Below, one piece after another: positions 1 to 10,445 of a DNA stretch of 23,766 nucleotides. Made by a program: the position numbers and the translations under genes. Every line of letters begins with the position of its first letter. The stretch's first letter is position 1. Location: assembly GCA_030141605.1 (NCBI GenBank), contig JAQGDQ010001832.1, positions 1-23,766 on the forward strand. The letters are read 5' to 3'. The notes under the pieces were generated by a model. The model did no database searches and was not told the DNA's origin. It saw nothing but the letters and a program-made list of their open reading frames with translations. This DNA is from Tubiluchus corallicola (lineage: Eukaryota; Animalia; Priapulida).

Positions 1-700
1 TTGGTACATGAACAAAATAGGGCGCACAGACATGCAACTTTATTTGCGCAACTGGCCGTATAAAATTCGGATTTGCACGCTGTTAATTCACAAAAATCGA
101 ACTGGACGTCAGAGACTCCCCAAGAACAAGCCAGCCAATTAACGATAAAACTTTTTTCTGCTGCCTGCTGACGTACAAGCTCATCATCTTCATTATCATC
201 GCATAAATACTTCAGTTATTACTGCTTTGGTCCAAATAGTTATCATGAACTTTTCCTTGCTATTGGGCTGTACGTTACATCAAGTGGAGAAAAACCATTA
301 CCTGATAGAAACGACTCATCTTTTACTCAAGTACGTTTTACAACAATCATTTGTGTTCAAAATTTAAACACACGCATGTAGCAGCTGTAATATAATGTAT
401 TATGTAATATTATATTATGTAATATAATTGTCGTGAAGTTAGGGCTTCACGACTCACCCGCCGTATGGAAGCCAAAGTGAATTAATTTACGTATAGCTGT
501 AAGAAATGGTTTGAGGAGTTAACCTAGCTAAAATAGAAAGTTTGTTGATGAGTAGATGAGTAGTTGATGAGTATAAAGGGAAAAAACGTTTATTGCGCTT
601 TCAAGAAAAGAATGAATTGAGCGTTATGGCAGAAAGAAAAGTTCTTGTTTTTGTTTTACTATCGTGACAAAAGTCACCACGACAATATATATATATATAT

Positions 701-1128
701 CTGCGGGATTCCAACACTGTATCTGTAGGCGGAGGAGCTGCACAAGCAGCCTACGGCTAGAGGGCGGAGGAGCTCGAATGACCGAACTGCCATGTGTAGA
801 GGAGTCAATCTTCCAAATCAGGAGTGGAGCCCCGAAGGCGGACCAGTGCAGCATGTTCACTGACTCCGGCAGCTCCTGCAGCCAACCTGGTGCCAAACGT
901 ATCGCTCCGCTTTCCTTTGGAACTACACCAGCGAGGAAGAGAGGGGGTTCCTGTTGTCTGGGCAACTCAGGATCTCCATACACCTTGCCCAGGCGTGCAC
1001 CCTGGAGACGTTCAAGGATCGCTCTGCTCAGCCACTGTCGATGCTGCAGCTCCATCAATGTGATCAATAACTGAATCTCTTGGCGCACACTCCATTGTCT
1101 TCCGAGACAGAAGGATGCCAACCAACCA
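701..1128 (+). mobile_element. Probable decayed 3' fragment of a non-LTR retrotransposon (CR1/L2-like)
   Basis: Sharply GC-richer block between (TA)n at 685-700 and TA-rich sequence from 1128. The + frame 864-1067 reads LRQLLQPTWCQTYRSAFLWN...LAQACTLETFKDR, resembling CR1/L2 ORF2 C-termini (Y..SF....WN.L.....A.SL..FK.R). Ends in CCAACCAACC, like a short-repeat LINE tail. Stops interrupt the frame upstream. Confidence 0.5.
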
Positions 1129-1977
1129 TATATACATATTTATATATTTATGTTATTTATAATATAATATATAATTACCTTAAGAACAAAAAAACTACAT
1201 AAAAACTGAATGAACAGAAGCACTTGTGCGACTAAAAGATTCGAAATCCAAATACTTGTAAATGATATAAAGTGATAGCAGTTCTTATAAAAAGGTAAAG
1301 GTTAATTTATAGGTCGTATAATTCTTGGGAAAAAATGAACTTTCTTTGTGGGACAAGTGCGATTTACACATGCGCTGCATAGACACCGGACTTGAGTAAC
1401 TGACCAGGAGTTTAGTAGATCTCTTAAAAGATGGCAGCAAAGGTAGCAAGAACATTTACCTTTGGCAATAATCTCTTATCTCTTTTGTGTGTTTACTGAT
1501 GCGTCTTCATAAGACATTACCTTTATTCTACACTTGAAGCACAAGAAAACCCTCCATTTACATAAAGCTCATAAAATTCGTCTTGAAATTTTATTCCACT
1601 TACAAACCGCCTTTTTGTATGCAAGCTTGCGTCGACAGTAACGCTGCATAAAACTTGTAAATTTAAACACCCGCAATGACTGTTAGACGCAGCCATTTTG
1701 ACAATAAGTCATTTGAAGCAAGTTTAGATAACATTGTGTAAAACTTGAAAAAACAATCAGAGCATTCGTAGCACACCCGTCACTATCTAAGTTAAATTTT
1801 AAACTGTATCTTGTCAATAAGATTAACAATACGTTTTTGGTTATTGAGTCAGCAACATTTTTGCCAACTGGAGAAAGCATTTTAAATAATTAATAATTTT
1901 CTTTTCTAGTTACATAAGTGTTTCAGGCAGGTAAGCGAAATGCTAAGTAATATAACTTTGCATGTAAAGTTTTTGGG

Positions 1978-2179
1978 ACATAATTTAACATTTCCTTTTC
2001 TTCCCCTGATTTACGTTGCGTGTATATGACGTCATGTAATGGCACAGTTGGAACAGAACTGCGGGAAATTTAAAATGAAAACAAACAAAAACGCGAGTAC
2101 AATATACGAACAAAATTGCTGTAAGGTAATATAATCTTTGAGGCGATTTTTCTGAAACCTACATCAGGTACCTCTTTTC
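1978..2179 (+). repeat. Dispersed repeat copy 1 (homologous to 15199-15412)
   Basis: Shares colinear blocks with 15199-15412: TTTAACATTT-CTTTTCTTCCCCTGATTTACGTT, GGGAAATTTAAAATGAAAACAAACAAAAA, GCGAGTAC, AAAATTGCTGTAA, AGGCGATTTTT, TCAGG-ACC-CTTTTC. Confidence 0.85.
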
Positions 2180-2429
2180 TCGTCCTTTCATCAAACTATT
2201 GTGTTTGGCTAAAAGTTGCACAAGGAAAAGATGCATGTCTGCACACTTGCATAGAAAATAATACATTGCAAAACAGTTGCGCAAACAAAACTTTGAATCC
2301 AGCTTGCAACTTTTAGCTGTGCAATTTTTAGTTGCATATACCTGCATTCTTTCATAGACATCAGGTTTTTACAAATTTTCCAACTTTTAATTGTGCAGCT
2401 GGGATTTGCATCTATGAGCGGCGTCTTAC

Positions 2430-2590
2430 CTTTTTGTATGGAGCCATAATTAACCAACTGCAATTTGCATAGTTAGGATAATCGCCAGGATATCCTGGGG
2501 AGGTCAGAACGCCTTCTTCTGTTATGACGTGTACTTCATCTTCACAACCTGGTGGTACCGTTGTTGTGGGAGGTTGTAATGTCGTACTTG
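2430..2590 (-). CDS. Multi-CUB protein exon 6: Thr/Pro linker + first half of CUB3
   Basis: Acceptor catacag|, donor AAG|gtaaga; phase 1 to 0. Reads (P)STTLQPPTTTVPPGCEDEVHVITEEGVLTSPGYPGDYPNYANCSWLIMAPYKK, matching the CUB motif C...G.LTSPGYP..YP....C.W.I.AP. Not in the ORF track. Confidence 0.92.
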
Positions 2591-3479
2591 CTGTATGTTG
2601 CCCGGATATTTAAAGGAAACGAGACACGAAAATCAGTTTTGTGAGCTGAGACGATTTTATGTCCTACAAAAGCTGACTTTTGGGTGACTGATAATACCCG
2701 GAAATACCAATAATAGTCACAGGAAAAAAGCAACAGTTGATTTATGGTGGTCAGAAAAAGCAACGAATTTGCCTTTGAATGAAAGTCAGATAATAAAACA
2801 AAATTTTTCAAGTCAGTCAGAGTTTATTTAAGTACAATAAGTAATTTAGTAATAAAACAGAAAGTATTTTAAATGAGCTATTAACAGGCAACACACGACT
2901 TGTACATACTGTCAACACTTTAAAGGAAAACGTAACGTAAATCATGTTTTTTTCAATATCTTACGGTTGAAGTTAGAGTTAGGGTCAGCGTTATTTCTTT
3001 TTCTTATGACTTTTTTATGACTTTACTTGAATTTCATTGTTCTTGCTACAGTGTGACATTTCTGCATGAAGTACCTGCAGAAGTTTGCAGCAGTTTTAGC
3101 AGCACACGCTTATAGAAAGCCACAAAGTGCTGAAAAAAGGTCATGGCAACCACCAGTTAATTTCAACACAATGGCGTCTTCAACGGCACCGAAAAATTTC
3201 TATAGATCAGTAGTAAAAATCAACTTTATGCATTATAGTTTTTTTTTGCAAATATCTTTGTTATATTTTTCTAAGTTTAATTCAGTGATAACAGTAAAAT
3301 AGACCCAACATGCTATGTGATTTGTCCTTTCTTTGACCTTGTTCATGAGCTTCTATACCAAACATAATACTATATACCTTAATTTTGTCACCGAAAAAAT
3401 TGAGACCTGTGTATAGTTTTGTAAACTGCGTGATAAAGTGTGAAACACGGTAGTAATAAAGTGAACATGTTTTACTTAC

Positions 3480-3726
3480 GTGGGTCTGTAATGTAGGAAA
3501 CGTATATCTCGAATCCTGCCATTGTTACAGAGGAATCAGTAAAAAAGTGAAGAAGAAGCCATCTACCGTACCATAAGAAATCTGATGGAATTTCACGTCC
3601 ACAAAATTGAGCTACCAGCGGAGGATCTGTGTCATTGAGATTATGCTGACCATAGATACGAACAGAGTCATAATTGCATACTACGTCATATTCAACGTCA
3701 AGTGATATGAATGAGATGTTAATGCC
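3480..3726 (-). CDS. Multi-CUB protein exon 5: second half of CUB2
   Basis: Acceptor ttatttttag|, donor C|gtaagt; phase 0 to 1. Reads GINISFISLDVEYDVVCNYDSVRIYGQHNLNDTDPPLVAQFCGREIPSDFLWYGRWLLLHFFTDSSVTMAGFEIYVSYITDP (CUB motifs C.YD, FCG, F.TD.S...GF). Not in the ORF track. Confidence 0.93.
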
Positions 3727-5292
3727 CTAAAAATAAAACATTCATTTCTTCGAGTTGGCTGTTTATTTTCAGCAATTTCAAAAATTTGTTATTACCACCG
3801 TCAAAGATGGATCTTCGTACAGCTGACTTCTTTTTTGTTGTTTCGATACAGTTTATATATTATGTTAACTAAAGTTCCAAGTTAGGGACGACATTACAAC
3901 ACATGTTCAAAATCTCTGTTGCCAATTATCCACAGAGGTACTTAATTCCATTAGTTGAGTAAGGGCGGACTAGTTGCAGACAGAAAATATGTAAGACAAA
4001 AAGAACATCTTCCTAACTTGCCTCTGTTTTAGATACTGAATCTAGTCCTAATTTTATTCACTAACAAACATGGCGCCTTTCAGCAACAATTTTAGTTTTG
4101 TGCTTTCATCTAATATTTTGATATAATTGCAGAAGTAGACTTGAAGAGATTTGCTGAAAAGTCTTATGTCTTTCAATTTATTTACTGTATGACTGCATAT
4201 ATCTATTCACTATGCAATAAAAGCTGAAGCTTTCCCATCATTGTCTTAGAATTATTTAAAGCATTACTGAAATATATAAGAATAACAGTCAAAAGTACAC
4301 AAAAGGTTATGTCCATATCTCTGCACCCAAAGATCCTATCTGTCAGAACAAACAAATATTGTAACACAATGATCGACCAAACCCAAAACTAGTCGTACAC
4401 TCTTAAAGAGTAACCATTTACCATATTTACATACGCAAACAACGTGGATAAGATACTTGAAAAGCGTTTGTATATGCAGACTAGTTGAGCAACGAAGTGC
4501 TGTCGTCGACACCAGAAATCGTAATGAGGTTTGTGCTTGGGTTCGAGCTAATTACCAGTATGTGACTAAACGCCATTGTTATGAGAATACGGATTGTTAC
4601 GAGAAATTGCAATGACATTCGGTTACACTATGCTATATGTTTTTTGACGCCGTAGCATGTTCACTTATGGATGTGAGAAGTACTCCAAAATAATTAATAT
4701 TGCAGCTGAAATATTTAGAATATATGCAAAAAGCCAACACAAATTTACTACTAAACACATTTTTAGTGACAGTTTACCAAAATCTCGTGTCTTGTAGTCT
4801 ATACCAGAGTTCAAAGTCAAAATTATCATTTCTTACTGAGTGGCATTTAAAAATACAAGCTAAGGATACGTAGTAAGTAATTTAGATTGTTGGTTATAAA
4901 CAACCATTTTGTACATCCACGTGCAATATAACTTCTAATATTGATAAACTTTAAAACACAGAAAAAAGGTCTGTATGACACGCAAAAGTCATTCACGGAA
5001 AGTTAGGTTTTTAACTGCGTCTCGAGATTTAGGAATTTAAAAAATCACGTGAAACAGTCATGAGTGACAAAAGACAAGTGTCAAATTTGACGAGTATCAT
5101 TTTGACGAATTTGACGAAAGAAATTCTTGGTGTTTGCCACGCTGCAATTTTAAAATGTCTGCTTCTTTCTGTATTCTTTTACAAGCTTCTACTGTTGGGC
5201 TACAGCTTATAGGCTGCAGTTGTCTAATATGCAGACAGCTTTTCCTCAATCAGCTAGTGTAAAAAGGACTTACAAGTCACAACATAGCTTAC

Positions 5293-5456
5293 CATTGACG
5301 GAGGAGCATGGATCTGCCACATACAATCTACTAAATTTGGATAATCATAATCTGGATATCCTGGAGATGATATGATCTCTTCTTCCGTAATATTTTGAAC
5401 ATCGCCATCACACCAAGGTGGTAAAATGCGTGGTGCAGTTGTTGTTAAATTGTCAG
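5293..5456 (-). CDS. Multi-CUB protein exon 4: linker + first half of CUB2
   Basis: Acceptor ttgacag|, donor ATG|gtaagc; phase 1 to 0. Reads (A)DNLTTTAPRILPPWCDGDVQNITEEEIISSPGYPDYDYPNLVDCMWQIHAPPSM. Confidence 0.93.
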
Positions 5457-5848
5457 CTGTCAATAATGAGACACAATTTACTCATAATTTCTATATATTA
5501 ATTTTCATTACCCGCCCATTGTGACTACCCATTATTCTGGATACTTTTTCTTTTTTTCAAAAAGCAAATTTCACAAAAATACCATACATTGGAAACCATC
5601 AGAAGAAATGAAGGCACAAAGCCTGTCGCTAAATTCACCCAGCGCCATAGCACTTGCTAATTATTTCGAAGCATCAATTTTTTTATTGCCATCAAACTTG
5701 AATGACATTCAAATTTTGCCGTTATTCTCGAAATCCACACGATCCTTCAACCCTGAGGAACACGAGGACGGTGTTTTGTGATCGTTCTGGGCTACGCTTT
5801 ATAACAGAGAAAACCCATATAAGTTTTTAAAGAAAAATTTGTGCCTAC

Positions 5849-6086
5849 CTTCAACGTCGCGAAATGTGACCATAATTTCATATCCCAATCTTGTAACCAC
5901 TTCGTTAGATGTCAAATGAAGAAAGAGGTGTTGTCCTGATGACTCGTAGCTTGGAGGGAGTTTAGTACCACATAGTTTTGCCAGCATGTACGAGTCTGTG
6001 TCTTCGCCATCGTAGATGTAAAGTGCATCAGCATCACAATATCGATCATATTCCACATTGAACATTATGAATGAAATGTTTGCTGC
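5849..6086 (-). CDS. Multi-CUB protein exon 3: second half of CUB1
   Basis: Acceptor ttttctag|, donor G|gtaggc; phase 0 to 1. Reads AANISFIMFNVEYDRYCDADALYIYDGEDTDSYMLAKLCGTKLPPSYESSGQHLFLHLTSNEVVTRLGYEIMVTFRDVE. Confidence 0.93.
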
Positions 6087-6549
6087 CTAGAAAATTTTAA
6101 GCCACTGTCCAGAAATAATGCAAGGGATGCTTATGTGTTTCAAAAAAATATAGTTTCTGGTGATTCTGTCTAAACAAATTAGAAGAGTTCAAAACCAAAA
6201 GTAAGTAAATTTAAGACACCTATTGCTCAAGTTAGATTAAATTTAAAATATGGTAACGTTATGGACAGTAACAACAGTTCTTTCAATGTTTATATAATTT
6301 TTTTTCTTGACAAATTGATGCTTTTGCATGATAGATGCAGACACTAGTAAAACAGTGCTAACAATTAACTGCACGTTTTTGTATCAATTTTCCATCAGTA
6401 GTTACTAACAACTGAAAAACAATCAACAGTCAACAGACCAAAATTTCAGCGCGGTTCAAAATCCACAGCTTCTAAATTTGGGCTGAAAAGGTGGCAACAC
6501 TGCCAAAAACAATAGAACAAATTATTGTAGACAATTCTATCCTGCTTAC

Positions 6550-6743
6550 CATGCCGTCTGGAGCAATGATTAGTGTTCTACAATCTGCATTATCAGGATA
6601 ATTTTCTTCTGGATATCCGGGTGTAGTAATTACACCTTCTTCAGTAACCTCTAGAACACCTCCATGGCATTCAGGAAATGCCGTAGTCATTGTGATATCT
6701 GTAGTCCATTCTGGATCTGCAGTCACGTTTGAATCTGCAGTCA
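6550..6743 (-). CDS. Multi-CUB protein exon 2: Thr-rich N-terminus + first half of CUB1
   Basis: Acceptor ccaacag|, donor ATG|gtaagc; phase 1 to 0. Reads (V)TADSNVTADPEWTTDITMTTAFPECHGGVLEVTEEGVITTPGYPEENYPDNADCRTLIIAPDGM. Nearby CAGs could shift the acceptor slightly. Confidence 0.9.
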
Positions 6744-6957
6744 CTGTTGGTTTTAATAAAAGAGCTAGCTTAATAATCAATATTTTTGTATTGCAACTGT
6801 ATAAAAATGCGAACACTTTAAAGAAGGCAATATGGACAGTAACAGTCTATCGCACAGATAATCTATTGTACATGTATTATCCAAATGCATCAAATGGTTA
6901 AAAAGAAAATTAATTGAACTTGCAAGATACTTAATTATAATATACATATTCACAACC

Positions 6958-6958
6958 A

Positions 6959-6999
<41 letters not shown>
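6958..6999. repeat. (TA)n microsatellite
   Basis: Direct reading. Confidence 0.95.
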
Positions 7000-7001
<2 letters not shown>

Positions 7002-7114
7002 CTTTGTTCCAAAGTTCTTTCAAAGTTCAAATAATTTTCTTCTTGACCATTTGATGCTTTTGGATAATAAGTGAACAATTTGAACCTAGCGAAACTATAA
7101 CTAGTGAAAAACAT

Positions 7115-7542
7115 TCAGAAACAGTAATAACGGGAATCTGTAGTCCATGCTGAATGTATAATCCATGCTGGATTTGCAGTCCATGCTGGATTTGCTGTCC
7201 CTGCTGGATCTGCAGCCCATGCTGGATCTGTAGTCCATGCTGGATCTGTAGTCCATGCTGGATCTGTAGTCCATGCTGGATCTGTAGTCCCTGCTGGATC
7301 TACAGTCCCTGCTGGATCTACAGTCCCTGCTGGATCTGTAGTTCATGCTGGATCTGCAGTCCCTGCTGGATCTGCAGTCCATGCTGGATCTGCAGTCCCT
7401 GCTGGATCTGCAGTCCATGCTGGATCTGTAGTCCATGCTGGATCTGTAGTCCCTGCTGGATCTACAGTCCCTGCTGGATCTGCAGTCCATGCTGGATCTG
7501 TAGTTCATGCTGGATCTGTAGTCATGTTTGGATCTGCAGTCA
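7115..7542 (-). pseudogene. Duplicated pseudo-exon of CUB-gene exon 2 with expanded 18-bp repeat, (T-T/A/V-D-P-A-W/G)n
   Basis: Starts cag|TGACTGCAGATCCAAACATGACT versus exon 2 cag|TGACTGCAGATTCAAACGTGACT. The flanking intron 7545-7625 also resembles 6746-6815. The phase-1 frame has TGA at 7505-7507, 7343-7345 and 7115-7117, and no good donor was found. Confidence 0.7.
7135..7541. repeat. 18-bp minisatellite, about 22 units (GCTGGATCTGYAGTCCMT)
   Basis: Direct reading; 6-aa periodicity in the ORF-track frames. Confidence 0.97.
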
Positions 7543-7870
7543 CTGTGAGTTGTAATGTAAAGGCTAATTTAATTGTAGGTATTTTTTATTTTGCAATTTG
7601 AAATTGCATAAAAATGCGTACAATTCGCCGAAATTCTACAACATTTAATCCCCCAATGGGTGTGTGAACCGCCTTTTAGAATGGAGTCTTGAACGCGTCA
7701 CAAACAGAAGCAGCGTTGCAAAAAAAAGAAGCTAAATTAAACGTTTTAGACACTCGCGTACTTGGTCTTCAGGTCCAGAGCCGTTTTGGGAAACAACTCA
7801 CCTGCTGTTACAAATGCCTATTATACTACAAAAATATTTTAAAACAACAACAAAAAGACATTTATCTTAC

Positions 7871-7964
7871 CAAAGCCAGTTTGAGCAAACAGTAAGAAAA
7901 CTACTAAAGTTGATAAAAGCACAATAACGTCATATTTGTTGTATAAACCCATTTGTTCACTCAT
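7871..7964 (-). CDS. Multi-CUB protein first coding exon: signal peptide
   Basis: Reads MSEQMGLYNKYDVIVLLSTLVVFLLFAQTGF+G|gtaaga (hydrophobic core VIVLLSTLVVFLLFA). The phase-1 donor joins exon 2 in frame (G|TG=Val, ...GFVTA-DSN). The start could be the ATG at 7964 or at 7952. Confidence 0.8.
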
Positions 7965-8278
7965 AATATAGACAATAAAACAAAGACAAAGTAACTTTTG
8001 TAAAGCGTCCAACTTTTCTAATAACGGACATTAGCGTGTCAACTCTTCACTCTTCAGAAGTCTGGTGCGTTTAATACTTGGTGTTTTATCAAACCAGAAT
8101 GATCAGAATACAAACGGGTGTATACATCTTAATTATTTATTTAACCTATATCATAATGACCTTTCATTTGTAGGTTATTTGCCAAGTTTAGCACAAGGAT
8201 GTCCATTGGTCAAACTTTGGTATGAGAAGGCTGGTGAGCAATTATTACGTATGGCTGTATGATCAGCCATGAATTTAA

Positions 8279-8799
8279 AGGAAGACCGGACGATTGTTTG
8301 GACTCAATCTCATTTTAATTTACTGTCCAAAATATACATTTTTTGCTTATAAAATTTAGCGATTGTTTCTTATATTGGAATAATTAGCTTAGACAGTTAA
8401 ATAACGACAACCGAACACATCTATTGCTTACGTCAGAAACTATCCACAGCTTGTACAATGGTAATCATCTTCCCTGAGCGTAAGTGTTACTGCTTAAAAT
8501 ATGTGATTACATGGAAATGGGGTTTACGTCATTTGACGTCAGAAACTAACACTGCAGTTCATGGTTATCACGGTACCGTCGTTTATTTGTCGGCCACGCA
8601 CATGTGACAAAAAAGCGCTGCTGCCAATCTTAGTAGATTCACAGAGCAGCGCGTAGCTTTGAAAGTTTAACAAAATTTGTGTATCTGAGGTAATTATTAT
8701 TTAATCTAAGCTTTGATTTAAAAAAACCTATTGTAGTTTTCAATATTTTAGAGCATTCTTCATTCTGAACTCATGTTTACACAATCATCCGGTTTTTCA
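8279..8799. mobile_element. Non-autonomous DNA transposon (MITE) with TTAA target-site duplication, Kolobok-like
   Basis: Left TTAA|AGGAAGACCGGACGATTGT; right ACAATCATCCGGTTTTTCA|TTAA (imperfect inverted repeat, 15/19 matches). TTAA at 8275-8278 and 8800-8803. Purine-starting termini with TTAA TSD fit Kolobok better than piggyBac. Confidence 0.7.
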
Positions 8800-10197
8800 T
8801 TAAGTATCATTGTGCCTGGCTAGTGTGATAATCTGCTCGACATAAAATGTTGCAAAGGTGTTTACGTAAGATCATCACTTGAACACTGGTGCTAACACAC
8901 CACAAATAGTAGTAGTAGTAATTCATTATCAAAACACGAAATAAATGCAACATTCACAAAAATTAGGAATCAAAACTAAACATTAAGGCCTTACACATGT
9001 GCCTGATAACAGACGACAAGGTTCTCGTGAATTAGTACAGTATTATAAGAAGCTATGCAAAAAATACGACGCTCCTAGCATTTACAGATATAAACAAACT
9101 CAACTTGACGCATTTACTAAGAACAAAATAGCAAATATTCTCTAAGCGTATGTGTTTAAACATCAAAACAAATTTTACAAGCGTTCCTGTCTTATCACAG
9201 ATGCAGCAGTTCTAAAATCACCAACAGTACAACTTGTTCTTATTTGCCCAGTTAAAGGACAAGACCATTAAAAAGGTTCCTCTGTTTGTGTGCTCTCGCA
9301 TCTGCATAATCTACTTAGTTCGGTTCTCTCGCCCATCGACTGGTTTCAATTCTTAACCGATGCCACTCTAGTCTCATACGTGTAGAAGCGATGCGATGAG
9401 GATCAAAAGTACAAGTAAAATAATTCGTTGTATTGGTTGTGTAAAGCTGATCATTGGTGTTTTAGGGATGGCAAAACTATGAAGAGTCGGATTATAAAAC
9501 TACACGTTTATTGAACTTTCTGAATCAGAACTACATGCATTGCCCACTTGTGGCCAAACAACTCTGCTTAAATCAACTGCCCCGAGCATTTGGTTCCTAT
9601 GGACTAATACACAAATCGATTTCGCAACAGCCGCATACCGAACGATTCCACATCGTGAACTAAGTGACTTTGATTGCGTTATACAGCAATTATATAAAAC
9701 CGCCTGTGCTAAGTCGACAGTTCGTCCGACACCATATGAACTAACTCTCTTAACGAATATTCTACTTTTCGACCCAAGTTGTCCAAACCTAGCTATGCCA
9801 CATCAAGTTGCTACGTACCATACCACATGGACTCGCTGATTTAATCAAGAGATTGAGAATACATGGTACCATAGGTTTGTCTCGCAAACCGTTGCCATAA
9901 GCAAAACATACTTTGTTTATTTGACGCGCCTTGACGAATCATTCATTCAAACCGGATCGACAAGTTTTTGATGCTCTAACTTCAAAATTTCTTTATGAGT
10001 GATTGCCATTGCTGACAAATTATCAAGCACTTGGCGAGTGTTCCTCTTTCCTCTTGGCAGATGCAAAGCATCCAACAGAGGTCCATGTTGCAAGAGTTTT
10101 GTATTATTTTATTTTGTGGACCACTTCCGAAATAACTAATTGTTTAGTAATTGTTGGTTAAAGTGTTATCCACGTTAAATAAAGAATTAATAATACG

Positions 10198-10211
10198 AAT
10201 AATAATATAAC

Positions 10212-10277
<66 letters not shown>

Positions 10278-10296
10278 TATAATGATAATGATAATG

Positions 10297-10337
<41 letters not shown>

Positions 10338-10352
10338 TTGATGATGATGATG

Positions 10353-10444
<92 letters not shown>
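10198..10444. repeat. Compound microsatellite (AAT)n-(GAT)n-(AAT)n
   Basis: Direct reading. Confidence 0.98.

Positions 10445-10445
<1 letters not shown>

Noticed and set aside
216-330. Possible + strand exon (cttcag|...CAA|gtacgt; YYCFGPNSYHELFLAIGLYVTSSGEKPLPDRNDSSFTQ)
   Set aside because: Only 38 codons, no recognisable motif or partner exon, and it lies antisense in a presumed CUB intron; compatible with chance.
624-1121. Three overlapping ORFs (165, 136, 79 aa)
   Set aside because: Long frames are explained by local GC richness of the LINE-like fragment; no domain motifs.
1683-1880. ORF with FNLDSDGCATNALIVF as the missing CUB3 second half
   Set aside because: Superficial only; lacks YD, CG and F.SD/GF motifs and a suitable phase-0 acceptor.
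4480-4560. tRNA or tRNA-derived SINE (GGGTTCGAGC B-box-like)
   Set aside because: No cloverleaf and only a poor A-box; too degenerate to call.
7343-7507. TGA recoded as Trp or selenocysteine
   Set aside because: All confident exons use TGG for Trp with no internal TGA, and no SECIS is evident; a G-to-A change copied between units is simpler.
7101-7555. Cys-rich (WICSPC)n and (MDYRSS)n ORFs as metallothionein-like or repeat proteins
   Set aside because: Shadow frames of the 18-bp repeat; the ancestral frame is the minus-strand TTDPAW frame homologous to CUB exon 2.
9540-10090. 99-aa + ORF and minus-strand MDLCWMLCICQEE as a gene or transposase remnant
   Set aside because: Faint resemblance to Cys-containing N-termini of invertebrate transposon proteins, but multiple stops and no extendable motif.
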